This document shows positions 36,101-47,600 of a DNA stretch of 64,000 nt, piece after piece; positions within the stretch are counted from its first letter, which is position 1; the number at the start of each line of letters is the position of its first letter. Made by a program: the position numbers and the translations under genes. The stretch is taken from contig NC_088855.1 in NCBI RefSeq assembly GCF_963853765.1, positions 310,001 through 374,000 of the forward strand. The letters are read 5' to 3'. This stretch comes from Magallana gigas. Its lineage: Eukaryota. The notes beneath the pieces are model-generated. The model did no database searches and had not been told where the DNA came from. It saw nothing but the letters and a program-made list of their open reading frames with translations.

Positions 36101-39100
36101 ACCTTTTCGACGCTTTGTGTATCAAGACCATGGCAGTGGACTATACTATGCAATCATGTTCAGGCAAGATTGCAACACGAGGACGCATTGTTGACAACCT
36201 AATCGTAGAATCGATCAATGACAATTAAAGTTACCACCTGTGTTGGAGTGTGATAGTATACCCAATAGTCAGGCAGAGATACCAACTCCGGATATCGCTC
36301 TTCATTATCCACATTTGCAGGATATTGCTCGAGATCTACATCCATTGGATCCATCTATGGAGATCCTCTTGCTAATTGGACGGGATCTTCCAGAAGCCCA
36401 TCACGTCATTGATCAGCGATTAGGACCATCACGATTTCCCTTTGCTCAACAATCTCCCTTAGGATGGACTATAATTGGAGACATTTGTTTGGCTGGAAAA
36501 CACATTCCACCATTACAGGTCAGCAGAACCTACGTAGACAGAAGTGGTCGACCTACAATGTTGGAACCATGTACACAGATGTTAAACATTAAAAACACTG
36601 TTATCACCTCGAATAAGACCGTAATTGAGAAAACAGACGTCTTCACGAAAACATCAGATGACAACAAAGTTGGTCTCTCGATTGAAGACCACACTTTTCT
36701 GAATATTATGGACAACAAGTTTCATCTTGATCCTACTGAGGGTAAATGGACTGCGCCATTGCCCTTCCGGCAAAATCGTGAACAACTTCCAGACAACTAC
36801 TCACAAGCGTTATTCCGGGCCAAATGTCTTGATGCTTCTCTAAGAAAAAACAACACAAAAAAAGAACATTTTATTGCGTTCATGCAGAAAATATTCGATT
36901 GTGATCATGCAGAATTAGCTCCGATAATACCACCTGACAAAGAACATTGGTATCTTCCCCTGTTTGGAGTCTACCATCCTCGTAAACCAGATCAAATTCG
37001 CGGAGTTTTCGACTCCTCAGCTGAATTCAAGGGTGTGTCATTAAATGAACAATTGTTACAGGGACCTGACTTCATAAACAACCTCTTAGGAATTCTCATT
37101 CGATTTAGGAAAGAAAATGTAGCTGTAGTTGCCGACATCCAAAGCATGTTTCATTCATTCCTGGTTGATGAAGACCATCGGGATTATTTACGTTTTATGT
37201 GGCACAGAGATAATGACATTGAGAGACCACTTATTACTTATCGAATGAAAGTTCATGTATTTGGCAATCGTTCTTCCCCATCTGTTGCAATGTATGGATT
37301 ACGTCGTATTGGTGATTTGGCTGCTGAAAGTTATGGACAGGAAGTGAAAGACTTTATCGTGAATGACTTCTACGTTGATGACGGATTGAAATCTTGTGCA
37401 ACTACTCGTGAAGCGATTAACATTCTACAGAAGACTAAAGATGCCATGAAAGAGTATGGTGGATTGCGACTTCATAAATTCGCTTCAAATGAAAAAGAAG
37501 TAATGGAAGCTTATGACTCGAATGATTTGTCAAAGAATATTGTGGACCTTAACTTTGAGAAGGATGTCTTAACTCAAAGCAGTCTTGGCCTTCTATGGGA
37601 TTTACAAACAGATACCATACGATTCAAAATTTCTAGTGAAGACAAACCATCTACAAGGAGAGGTGTACTTTCAGTTGTGAATCGTCTCTATGATCCACTT
37701 GGATTCATTGCTCCTGTTGTTATACAAGGCAAGATTATTCTGCGTAAAGTTGTGTCAAACACCTCCAGCTGGGATGAAGCCCCACCTGAACATTTGCTCA
37801 AAGAATGGGAAAAATGGAAAAATAACTTACCTGATTTGGAAAACTTACGTATTCCTCGTGTGATTGTTCCCAAATTGTGTGAAGCGCTTAGAAGGGAGTT
37901 GCTAGTTTACTGTGATGCGTCTGAACTAGCCATAGCTGCTGTTTGTTATTTAAAGGCAAAGTATTCAGATGGTTCTTCATCTCAAGGATTTGTTCTAGGA
38001 AAAGCAAAAGTGGCACCTGTTAGTGGACATACAATTCCTAGACTAGAACTATGTGCCGCAGTACTTGCTACCGATATAGCACAAATAGCCAAGGAACAGT
38101 TAAAAGTGAAAATAGACGACATCAAGTTCTTCAGTGACAGTCGTATTGTATTAGGATATATTAACAACACGAAAAAACGTTTCCTTGTGTATGTAGCTAA
38201 CCGCATTGCTCATATCCACAGTCTCAGCAGTCCAACCCAATGGTACTATATTCGCAGTGAAATGAATCCAGCAGATGTGAGCACAAGAGGAATTCTTCCA
38301 AATGAAATGGAAAAGTGTGTATGGCTTTCAAACATAGAAAACCTGGAGATTGTGCCCTCTATTGAACAATTTCCTTTAGTGAGCCCCGAAGAGGATAAAG
38401 AAATCCGCTGTAATAAAACTGACATTGAAACAAAAACAGCTGTGGGTCTGGACAATGAACTCCTTACAAGATTCTCAAAGTGGAACAAACTGGTTGCTGT
38501 AGTTGCTAAAGTTTATGGTTTCATTCAGAATTGTCGTAACCCAAAGAGCAAATTGAGTGATGTTCAACTTCTTCACAACGCTGAAACAGTTATAATTAGA
38601 GACATTCAGAAAAAATTCTATTTAGAGGAAATTGAAAATATTAGAGACTCTAAGCCTGTGTCGAGAAATAGTCCTATTCAGAAACTTGACCCCTACATCG
38701 ACAGTGAAAGGATTTTGCGTGTTGGTGGTCGCTTGAAAAAATACAATGATGATCCTTTATTCAAGAATCCAATCATTTTGCCTGCAAAACATCATGTTAC
38801 CACTCTTATTGTCAGAAAACTTCATGAAGATGTCAGACACCAAGGACGTCATATAACAGAGGGTCATATTCGTTCTTCTGGATTTTGGATTGTCGGAGGT
38901 AAAAGACTCATTTCATCTGTTCTTCATAAGTGCGTCACTTGCAGAAAACTTCGGAAAAAACCTGAACATCAGAAAATGTCCGACTTGCCCGCGGATCGTC
39001 TCATACCTGGACAACCACCATTCTCTTCTGTTGGAGTTGATATATTTGGACCATGGAACATCATTACACGACGTACCAGAGGTGGTGTAGCAAATAGTAA

Positions 39101-42100
39101 AAGATGGGCCGCTCTATTCACTTGCCTCACTACCAGGGCCGTGCATATTGAAGTTGTGGAAAAAATGACATCCTCCTCATTTATTAAATAAATGCGCTTC
39201 GTCGGTTTATCGCCATACGTGGACCTGTTCAAGTCCTTCGTTCAGACAGGGGAACAAATTTTATTGGTGCTGCGAAGGAGCTGAAAGTCAATGTCATCAA
39301 TGTGGAAGAAGAACACCTTCATACCTTTCTCAACGAACAGAGAACGACCTGGATCTTCAACCCTCCCCACTCCTCTCACATGGGAGGAGTGTGGGAACGC
39401 ATGATCGGGACTACGAGACGCATATTGGATGCGATCCTTCTTGATTATGGATCTAGGAGTTTAACTCATGAGGTTCTCACTACATTTTTAGCGGAAGCCT
39501 CTTCCATTATCAACTCAAGACCTCTAGTGCCAGTGTCTACAGATCCTGAAAATCCCCTTGTGTTATCCCCTTCAACTCTTCTTACTCAGAAAACAGGCAA
39601 TAAGGATGTGATATTCGCTGATCATGAAAACAAAAACGAGCTATTACAGACGCAGTGGAGGAGAGTTCAACATCTTGCATCAATTTTCTGGAAACGGTGG
39701 AAGAATGAATATTTGAACACTCTACAGATGCGCCGTAAATGGAATTCACATCAAAGAAACCTATCGCCTGGTGATGTAGTTTTAATCTGCGACAAAGAAC
39801 TTTCCCGCAATTCTTGGCCAATCGGTATAGTTACTAAGGCTTTACCAAGTGATGATGAACTTGTGCGTAAAGTGACAGTTCGTGTAATCGTGAATGGTGA
39901 ACCTAAAAACTATGTGCGACCAATTACTGAACTTATCGTAATTCTTGAATAGTGATCGTTTAGTGAATCTTACTTATAATTGACTGAAAATGGACTGTGT
40001 TTCAATTTGAAAATGGACTGTGTTTCAATTTATGGACTGTGTTTCAATTTGAAAATGGACTGTGTTTCAATTTATATTACATGTAACTTAACAATTTGTC
40101 ATATTTAGGGTGCTTAAAAGTTTAATATAGAGTGATATTTTCTATATCAGGCGAGGAGTGTGCCGTCTTGTAGCCGGAAATTTTTTATCCGGTACGGCTT
40201 GGTTTTTTCTTTTATTGTTTACTTTCTATTTCCTAACTTGTATATTGCACGGGTTTTTTGGATCACTCGTCGTCCTACCTCAGGTCTGCACAGTCATGCA
40301 CTGTTTTTCTAGTCTGCCAACAATGTAAGTATCTGAAAGTCATTATCTTTGAGTCTTTTGTTGTTAGGTTATATTTTTTACTCTCGGCTATGTATTTTGA
40401 TAATTTACAGTAGTTTTTTCATACATATTTCTATGGTTTAGGTTAGGGGAGTTTGTTACATTTTCATGTATACATTTAGACTAGGTATATGTGAACTTCT
40501 CAGTCATGTAATGTTAATATACTGATAAAATTTAAGCTTCATTATACGTATTTACACATTTTCATGACATTATCTATTTTTTGGCTCTGTACATCACATT
40601 TATTGTTTTTTCTTTTCTTGTAGTTTTTCACCATGTTTTTGAATAAATTTAATCATCAAACGACATGCGTTAGCTAGCTGTATTCAGGAGACAGCATACT
40701 GATATTTGAAAAACATCTCCACGTTTAATGCATTAAAGAAATCTTTCATAAACACCAAAACATTACCATTTTGCATCAGTAGCAAACATTCTACATCCGC
40801 CTACATGTTTATTGATAACATTTTTTATTTTCTGACATACCTATTTTTTATATATATACATGTATATACATCGTTTACCCATTCCCATTACATACACAAT
40901 TTCAAAATGAGATGCAAGTTCCTGACAGTTATGAGTAAGTACATGATGTACATTGTGATAAAAAGACAAACCAGTTTTTGAATTGTTTGTTTTAGAATTT
41001 GATATCATACATGGAGAAAAACCCTCAGGTCTACAAAAAAATCCTGAAAAAGAAAATGAAAGAAGAAAAAGAAAATGAGGGCCCTTTTTCATTCCTGAAG
41101 GTAATGATTTGGATTCATGTTGCTGCTAGAGCTTTATTTCAGAGATGACGGAAACTCAAACACTATGTTAATTAAAGGCTAGGGTATAATTACTATACTG
41201 CAATTATCAATTTATCTTTTTTTTAAAGGCATTAATTCAATTTGATGTGTTATGTAGGGCTGGGACGATACTGTACTGAGCCGATTCGGTACATATCACG
41301 ATACATGAGATGCGATACGATACATATCACGATACATTGCAATTAAATGAAAACATGAATAAAAGTTTAAAATTTATTCAACCTGCCGATGTATTACCGC
41401 ATGTCCAAAGTTATTTTGTTATCTTCATAATGAGCGTTGCACAATTTACAAATTACTTTAGTCTCGTGTACACTAGTTTTTCATAAACAAGTACTCCAAA
41501 AGTTTTCCACACTCCATATTTAGCTTCCTAACAGTTTTGACAACTTTACGAGGTTTTCCGCCATCTTTGTACTTTCATATTAGGCGCGCGGACTAAAAAT
41601 AGCCGATATATGAAGCTCGGATATTTTTGAAAAATAAAAAAAGTTCGGTAAGATATCGTTGTATTAATGGTAAATGTATCGATCCAAATATCGTCAAAAT
41701 AAATACCGCGATGCACCGGTGCATCGGTGGATCGTCCCATCCCTAGTGTTATGTAATGAATATTTATTGATAGACACATATATAAATTGATGATATCTTT
41801 AATTATGTGAGTACCATTTATATTTTTTTATTGGGGCTCCATATTAAAGGAATTGTAAAGTAAGCTTGAGAAATATTGTGTATTATGTTCACCTTTATTA
41901 AGATTAGGATTAATTCTTGTAGTTGCCATAGGAACGAGACTGCCTGAGTCTGGGTACAGTTTAATAAATGTTATCAACTGTTGTTATACTTGTTTATAGA
42001 TTTATTTTTCCAGAAACACTTTACTCAAAGCCATACATAAAGTTAAAAATAAACATTTATAAATTAATGCTGATATTTTTTGCTTTTATTTGTATGTTGG

Positions 42101-42460
42101 TTTAACAAAGTCAAAGTTCCTTTTTAATTCCTGTTAGATACAGTCACACACTGCAGTATTTCCTTCGATTTTTCATTTGACTACTGTAACTGTAGATTCC
42201 TAATTAAACGTGAGGAATTGATATTCGCATAACATCGCGAAAAGTACATCTCGCTGATTTTATAATCTTGCTTTTAATTTTTTGGACAGATGTAAACTAA
42301 ACAAAACTCTGAAAAAAATTTGGCGTTCACGATTTTGTATTCTCACAATTTGATGCAAAAGGGTTGAATCGCAGAATTAAGTACTCGCGTATAATAAGAA
42401 ATCTACAGTATCTCAGATTTGCTTTCGACAAACAGAATGCAAAGTTCAATTGACTTTTTT

Positions 42461-42491
<31 letters not shown>

Positions 42492-45145
42492 TGATGATGA
42501 TGATGATAGCGGTATTATAACTACATTATATATGCTTAGAGTACAGATCTAAGTAAAGACAGGAGATTAGTTCACAATGCAAGGCTACAAAATCAATCAT
42601 GATGAGAACCAAAAATCAGATTTATCTTTTATTTTTTACAGGTTAAGATGATGACATTGATTAAGGGTGAAGAAAACGTTTCCTTTGTGTCAGACAGGGA
42701 GTGTGACCAAAGACTGGAAGAGCTGAAAACAGGAATGTCCAAGGCCTTCGACTATAACCTTGGTAACGATGAAATAAGAAAAGCTGTATTGCCAAAGTGT
42801 AATGTCTCTTCAGTGTAATTAAGGTGATAGAAGAAACAAACATTGGTAAAAGACAGCAGAAGATAGATCAATCCTCACTTTGCCAAAAGTGAATTAAGTT
42901 GTTTTCCTTTGCAAGGTTTAACCAAAGGTCAAAAACAGAAGAAAAAACATGCAAAATTCACTTTCTTTGTGCTACCAAATATTTGTGCATTCTGTGATAA
43001 AATCTTTTATTATGAATTATTCTTCAGTCTATGGATCAAAATAAAGACAAAAATGGATTTTTAATGTCAAATTACAAAGTTAAAAAACTCTCAACTATTA
43101 AAAGGCTACAGTGAGAAATGTATAGTTTCCCCCCGTCCCCTAAAAGATGACAGCCAAGGGACATAACTTATGTAAAGTGTGTATTCAACAATTTGATAAA
43201 GAGGCCTTGATGGCCAGGGCCATTTTTAGGCTATATGTACCTCCTAAAACAAAGAGCTCTGTATAAAGATATAAAAATTTCAAAATGTTTAAATTTAACA
43301 CAAAAATACTTGAATTTTTCTTCATTAAATAACAGTTTAATGCCCAGAATGTATAATATTTAAAACTTACACAAAGGCAGATCTGCTGGTTAATTAGTTG
43401 ACCATCCGGCCTCCTTAAGTGACTGACTGATTTAAGTCCTATCGATTTACCAAGGCAGTGACTCAACATCGAAATTATGACTTTTAAGTAAGGCATCAAT
43501 GTACAAAAATGCATTATGTTTGTAGAATCTAAAGGTCTTAGGAAATCAAAGCGATTAGCAGAAAAAAGGCAGATGTCAAAATCTTCAATAAATACAGCAG
43601 CACCAAAGGTTAAAGGGAGGCAGTCCAAGAAAAGACAGACCACTGCCCCAAACATAACGGAGACCCTGTGTCAGAAGAGTGGACAAGATGCCCCTGTAGC
43701 AGTTCCTCCACCCCCTCCCCCACCCCCACCCCCACCCCCAGTAACCCCTGCACAACAAAGAAGTCTGCCCCTGGAGAGATCAAGGACAGAGAGAAAGGCT
43801 GCTTCTAGTGGTCCGCTGAAGGAATTAAATCACTCAAATATCCAGGTAACATTGCCAGTTTGCCACTATCTGAATATACAAGTAATATTGCCACTATCAG
43901 AATATCTAGGTGACATTGCCACCATCTTAATTCATGTGTGTATGAGAATTATAATGCTTCATGGAATATTTACCCTTTGGTCTCATCAATTCTGTAAAAG
44001 AAACCTTTTTTTTATTGATTATTAATATGTTTTGAATTTTTTCTTACAACAACTAAATAAATTACACTGATTTCCAGGTAACTACACCTTTGAATTTGAA
44101 AAAGAAAGATCCACAGACTGAGATGGGGTGGGTAATTTGTGTTTTTAAATTACCTTTGCATTGTCTCCTTTCTGTGATGTGTTCAATGTTTTACCTTTGC
44201 AGTGCCCTTTTTCGGTGATGTTTAATGTATCCAGTGTTTTGAATCTATTAAGAGAGCAATATTGCTGTGTCACAGTTTTCTGACCTTGATTTTTCTCATG
44301 ACTTTGACTTCTTGATTTCTCAGTTTGCATTTACCTTAGTTTTCAAAGTGTCTACTATTGTATGAACTACAATGTTTCAATTAAACTTCATACAGAGATA
44401 CACATTAATGAGAACAATGTAACTCATAACAGGATATTCTAACCAAGACCTTAGTCTACACCTAGTACATACAGTTTTACTATTCTTTCGGATATAGCCT
44501 TGGCATTCATGTGCTATGGACATATTTATTGGTAATTATTTGTTACATGGTAAATGAAAGACTCATCTCAACCTTTACTTTATCTAATACTGTAGCATAT
44601 ACACCATTTTAATGCACAGACTACAATATATATGTCATTCCTTTGTAGTTCCATTACATCGCTGGCATCTATTGGCTCTTTAAGCAGTCTTCACCAAGAG
44701 CTATTGTCCTATAATCCAATGAAACTCCTGAAAACAACAACCAATGAGAGGTAAGATAATAACATAGAGAGATACATTGACTGTTTATGTTTTGGAGATA
44801 GAGATGTTCTTCTCTAGATCCTCTACCAAATTTAAAATTTTAAAATCAGATTGCATGAAAACGTAAACTATTCACTCCTTCAGTTATTTTGATTTATGTG
44901 ATATTTACATTGGTATAGAAATTTCACCTGTTTGATTTAATAGATCCCCCGGGGGGACCCCCGTCAGGCCCCGCCCACCCCTCAGGGACACGCCCCCTGT
45001 GACGCCTGTCAACCAAGCCGACTCCAATTACAGGTACTGGCTCAACAGTCTACACAACAAGTTCCGCAATGTCCTCTCCCCCGCATCTGTCCCCCAGAGC
45101 CCTGACAGTGACCCAAACAGTCCATCTGGCTTCTCTCCACAGTAG
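33119..45145 (+). CDS. Proline-rich protein, PRR11/MTFR-like C-terminus, 7 coding exons, 341 aa
   Basis: Exons 33119-33244, 40996-41100, 42642-42762, 43526-43845 (polyproline tract), 44078-44127, 44649-44750, 44944-45145 (RSPGGTP...SLHNKFRNV). Phases consistent, 1026 nt. Polyproline plus RSPGGTP plus L..KF is the PRR11/MTFR pattern; orthology unverified. Confidence 0.75.
33387..33926 (+). repeat. 5' LTR (TG...TA)
   Basis: Same length as the 3' LTR and no difference found by eye; AATAAA at ~33870. Confidence 0.95.
33958..36228 (+). CDS. BEL/Pao Gag plus the start of the aspartic protease (first segment of the broken polyprotein)
   Basis: Coiled-coil N-terminus; DUF1759-like region; three Cys/His knuckles (CLIH..H...C, CFRC....H...C, CDVC...H...LH); protease YAMLDDQSNRT. 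Confidence 0.9.
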   Translation: MAQKGETSTPENTSRRVRTLTPKAQEVYLDKVNRYEFIISRCIDEIKNILMDIASCSKEIKVLTSSKTDLENSHKRYQDIYQEFSEFLSNTYTKESIEKLASVERDFLNIDKKFKNALVKLQDDIDFVQLETYSSTSHNTSKSTSLNRRSVRSLQKAKEAETRLKIAEQSAQLKKQKSKIAVEEKIHLAQSQQQQEDLDTELDLLQKQAELELANMQLEFELEAEIESIKHEDLGPNMPTIPSISGDQKTRNFVDNLTLNQDVKPSGRRVRTNYQQEAIPDSDKENHPVHTSDVCHHDQQSRDNDNRTPLQTALNLPLQNNSNSSNYLLKKNLLLESFQQQRFDDKSDRYVVWKSQFKTMVSEICCSPLEEMTLLTNCTNKNSEAHRLIMSLRASYASDPKLCLVNIWKRMDERFGSPELLESSLKSRLQAFTNFTDPKKLYELHDLLCEIQAVKSIPEYSVMFSYLDSSLGLKPTIQQLPRFLQDKWINRVVNYKKEHSTAFPPFGEFVSFIGEMSIIKNDPGLMFDTSKQPRFDHKDTKVKTVFTHKTDISSETANVGHICLIHKGSKHTINKCKAFRTKSIEDRKHILRDHNICFRCCETSDHFANRCKARILCDVCKSNYHCTALHEDVSYRQMSRNFPSPQTHGEEENFSSGIVNQSVTTKCTDICCEFSGKSCARIVPVRVFVQGQPESSILTYAMLDDQSNRTLGKSYLFDALCIKTMAVDYTMQSCSGKIATRGRIVDNLIVESINDN
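36240..39191 (+). CDS. BEL/Pao Pol segment: RT, RNase H (Pao peptidase A17 region), integrase HHCC and first Asp
   Basis: WYLPLFGVYHPRKP, ADIQSMF, FYVDDGL, VYCDASELA, IPRLELCAA, HEDVRHQG...CVTC, GVDIFGP. Confidence 0.92.
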   Translation: MLECDSIPNSQAEIPTPDIALHYPHLQDIARDLHPLDPSMEILLLIGRDLPEAHHVIDQRLGPSRFPFAQQSPLGWTIIGDICLAGKHIPPLQVSRTYVDRSGRPTMLEPCTQMLNIKNTVITSNKTVIEKTDVFTKTSDDNKVGLSIEDHTFLNIMDNKFHLDPTEGKWTAPLPFRQNREQLPDNYSQALFRAKCLDASLRKNNTKKEHFIAFMQKIFDCDHAELAPIIPPDKEHWYLPLFGVYHPRKPDQIRGVFDSSAEFKGVSLNEQLLQGPDFINNLLGILIRFRKENVAVVADIQSMFHSFLVDEDHRDYLRFMWHRDNDIERPLITYRMKVHVFGNRSSPSVAMYGLRRIGDLAAESYGQEVKDFIVNDFYVDDGLKSCATTREAINILQKTKDAMKEYGGLRLHKFASNEKEVMEAYDSNDLSKNIVDLNFEKDVLTQSSLGLLWDLQTDTIRFKISSEDKPSTRRGVLSVVNRLYDPLGFIAPVVIQGKIILRKVVSNTSSWDEAPPEHLLKEWEKWKNNLPDLENLRIPRVIVPKLCEALRRELLVYCDASELAIAAVCYLKAKYSDGSSSQGFVLGKAKVAPVSGHTIPRLELCAAVLATDIAQIAKEQLKVKIDDIKFFSDSRIVLGYINNTKKRFLVYVANRIAHIHSLSSPTQWYYIRSEMNPADVSTRGILPNEMEKCVWLSNIENLEIVPSIEQFPLVSPEEDKEIRCNKTDIETKTAVGLDNELLTRFSKWNKLVAVVAKVYGFIQNCRNPKSKLSDVQLLHNAETVIIRDIQKKFYLEEIENIRDSKPVSRNSPIQKLDPYIDSERILRVGGRLKKYNDDPLFKNPIILPAKHHVTTLIVRKLHEDVRHQGRHITEGHIRSSGFWIVGGKRLISSVLHKCVTCRKLRKKPEHQKMSDLPADRLIPGQPPFSSVGVDIFGPWNIITRRTRGGVANSKRWAALFTCLTTRAVHIEVVEKMTSSSFIK
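39191..39952 (+). CDS. BEL/Pao integrase core and C-terminal (DUF5641-like) segment after the second frameshift
   Basis: NALRRFIAIRGPV..LRSDRGTNF, GGVWERMIG, WRRVQHLASIFWKRWKNEYL, RPITEL stop. Confidence 0.9.
   Translation, partial: NALRRFIAIRGPVQVLRSDRGTNFIGAAKELKVNVINVEEEHLHTFLNEQRTTWIFNPPHSSHMGGVWERMIGTTRRILDAILLDYGSRSLTHEVLTTFLAEASSIINSRPLVPVSTDPENPLVLSPSTLLTQKTGNKDVIFADHENKNELLQTQWRRVQHLASIFWKRWKNEYLNTLQMRRKWNSHQRNLSPGDVVLICDKELSRNSWPIGIVTKALPSDDELVRKVTVRVIVNGEPKNYVRPITELIVILE
39986..40075. repeat. Tandem repeat (~4 copies) in the retrotransposon 3' UTR
   Basis: aaaatggactgtgtttcaattt repeated. Confidence 0.85.
40159..40698 (+). repeat. 3' LTR (TG...TA)
   Basis: Preceded by a purine tract and followed by the TSD CTGAT. 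Confidence 0.95.
41255..41745. mobile_element. Non-autonomous hAT element, 491 bp
   Basis: TIR tagggctgggacgat / atcgtcccatcccta; perfect 8-bp TSD GTGTTATG; subterminal cgatac repeats. Confidence 0.92.
42188..42410. mobile_element. Tc1/mariner-type MITE, same family as the copy at 6520
   Basis: ctgtagattcct ... aaatctacagta; shared internal sequence. Confidence 0.75.
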
Positions 45146-46589
45146 AAACCCCAAAGAATTACTCTTCAGCCAAACTAGGGACTCCAATCATCTGGCTAAT
45201 TCAGGGAGATGTTTCTCTATTTGATTATTTATTACTTGCCTAAGAGGAAGTATTAAACTTATGACAAACTTTGTTATCTGAGATGGCTTTATGTTGGATG
45301 TTGTGCAAGATTTATGGAATTTTTGTAATACCTTTAAGTAAATAATTTTATTTTACATTTTATGTTTTTGTTTTATATAGAGCGTGGCATTTATAGAGTA
45401 CATCAAGAATTAGGTGTTACCATTTTTACACTCTGTTAGCAAGAGCAAACAGAATCCACAAGTTTTTATGTGTTTCTATACTGATGTTGTTTTTTGCAAT
45501 AAAAAGAATGAATACAAAGATTGGTGAAGCTATTTTCATTCTACATCATGTACCAGTATTATTTGAATATCAGATGGAAAAGAGAATAAAAAAGTGTTAT
45601 TTTAATTGATTGTTCTGTAGAACACAGTATTTAGTATTAATCCATAAGTCTGGAATTTTTGTGCTTTATTAGTGTATGGTGTAATGTTTTTATGTTGTAC
45701 TGTTTACTATCTGAAAGTTCTTACCATCCGATCTTAGACTTTCATTAAGTTAAGATGAATATTAACATGGTTTGATGTAATGTGCAATTGTTCTAGAAAA
45801 ATATTTCTGATAATTAGAATTTTGTTGAAAAGAACATGTCTCTGTAGAGGAGAAATTTATTGGCTCACAATAAATACAAGATGATGAAAGGAGTCATTTG
45901 TGAATGAATTTGGTTTTCACCTTATGTGGGCAGGTAGTGTTCTAAAATGAAATAGGGAAAAAACTATTGGTGAAGATCTTATCAAATTGAAAAAAAATAG
46001 TTATTATCTATTTGTGGGTAAAAATTTAAAAAATATTCATCTTTATCACAGTTGAAAATTATGCTTTTTCTGCACTTCAATCGAAGCACACAGCTTTCAC
46101 TTGTTTTAGAGATTATCCATTTTTATTGCATGTTTATTTTATTTTTTTGCTTCAGGTAATGCAGCTTTTATTGCTTTTTGTGATTCATATTGTATATGTA
46201 CACAAGAATTTACATCTGTTTTATGATGCTATTAGATATATATTCTGATGTACAATAGTACAGTAAGTTCTATATTTGTTTAAGACACCAATCCATTCAC
46301 AATTTCTAGGGCCTTTTCAGCAGGGCTTTGGAAAACACATGGAATGTTTTTATATACCAAATGTAAATTTGATTTTTTTTAAACATTAGGCTAAAATCTA
46401 AATGTATAATAAGATTCCTTGTATTAATGACAAAGTTTTTTGAAAAATTCATTTGATGATGTTTTTCTGCTCTTTGGAAAGGTTGAAAAATTGTGATTGG
46501 ATTCATCAAGTTAATGAATAAATGGTGCAGAAACTTGCAGAGACTTGCTTACTTTGCTTTATTTTTTAAAGTCGGAGTGCTATTGTAAA

Positions 46590-47000
46590 ATAAGTATAAC
46601 TTAAAACAAGAGACCCGAGCACCACTTCCCAAATGCTTAGGCTGAACAGACTTTTATGTAAATTAAAGTCGTTAAGGATGAGCCCCCATAACACACATCA
46701 GTGGCCCCTTTATCCTTTTTTAGCTAACAGAGATGAAGTTGGGAAAGATTAGCTATAGCCACTGTGGCATTAAGGTTCTTGGAGCAGGTGCCATTTGAAG
46801 GCTATATTTAAATTATTGCCACTCCTATCACCAAACTTGCATGGATGGTGCATCTTATTATACTTGGACACTTAACAGGCTTGAATGCTGAACTTGGGCT
46901 ATGGATTTGGGGACAGTTTTAAATTTTTGGAGCAGTTGCCCATTTGATGGCCATACCCATATTTAAGTTATTGGCTCTATCTTTGCCAAACTTGGATGGG
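46590..47000. repeat. Degenerate interspersed repeat related to 14600-15200
   Basis: aaacaagag start and shared ggagcaggtgcc motifs. Confidence 0.4.
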
Positions 47001-47039
47001 TGATGTTTCATGTGATTTGAACATATTTTATTGTGTAAT

Positions 47040-47600
47040 TACACAAGAGGATTGGAAACAAGTCCTTACAACTTACGTGTTCCTTTCCAAATGATAATAT
47101 ACACAATATACACAATTATCATTTTGATATTACATGTTACTTATAGTTATTAACTTTATAATAGTAATATTCATATTCATGCCTTTACAAAGTATTTGCA
47201 AATATATGATAAATAGTGTTGATATGCAGTATAAAATAGCATAAACAAGAAAAATTAGTTATTAAATCTTCCAGACTCTATTTTTAATAAAGTTTTGAAC
47301 TGCTGAAAAAATAATATTACAAAGTAGTTTAAATAGATTGTTTCTAGCATTTACATAATTCTTGCACACAAAGAAAAAATGATAAACATCCTCCTTTTGA
47401 CCACAAATACAATTAGGTGATTCAATAATGTTTCTTCTGTACAGATCACAATTCAAAATACAACTGTGTCTCAATTTGGTATGCAAAATATTGATAGTGC
47501 GTTTACCGAATGAAAAATATTTCGGAGGTTGAGGAATACTTTCAGTAATATTTTTCTTGAATATGTTGAGAGACGTTGCTTCCCTAACTTCTAAATTGTT
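47040..47600 (-). mobile_element. 3' fragment of a CR1/L2-type LINE
   Basis: ORF 47262-47486 HTKLRH...LNCDLYRRNIIESPNCICGQKEDVYHFFFVC is the Cys/His C-terminal tail typical of CR1/L2 ORF2. Confidence 0.7.

Larger units (their letters stand above)
33387..40698 (+). mobile_element. Full-length BEL/Pao LTR retrotransposon (7312 bp) in intron 1 of the PRR11-like gene
   Basis: 540-bp LTRs at 33387-33926 and 40159-40698; TSD CTGAT at 33382-33386 and 40699-40703; PPT caggcgaggag; domain order gag-PR-RT-RH-IN. Confidence 0.97.

Noticed and set aside
36220-36240. Programmed gag-pol frameshift
   Set aside because: The break falls inside the protease, there is no X XXY YYZ slippery site, and BEL/Pao elements usually have a single ORF.
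43185-43655. 156-aa minus-strand ORF
   Set aside because: Antisense shadow of exon 4 of the proline-rich gene.
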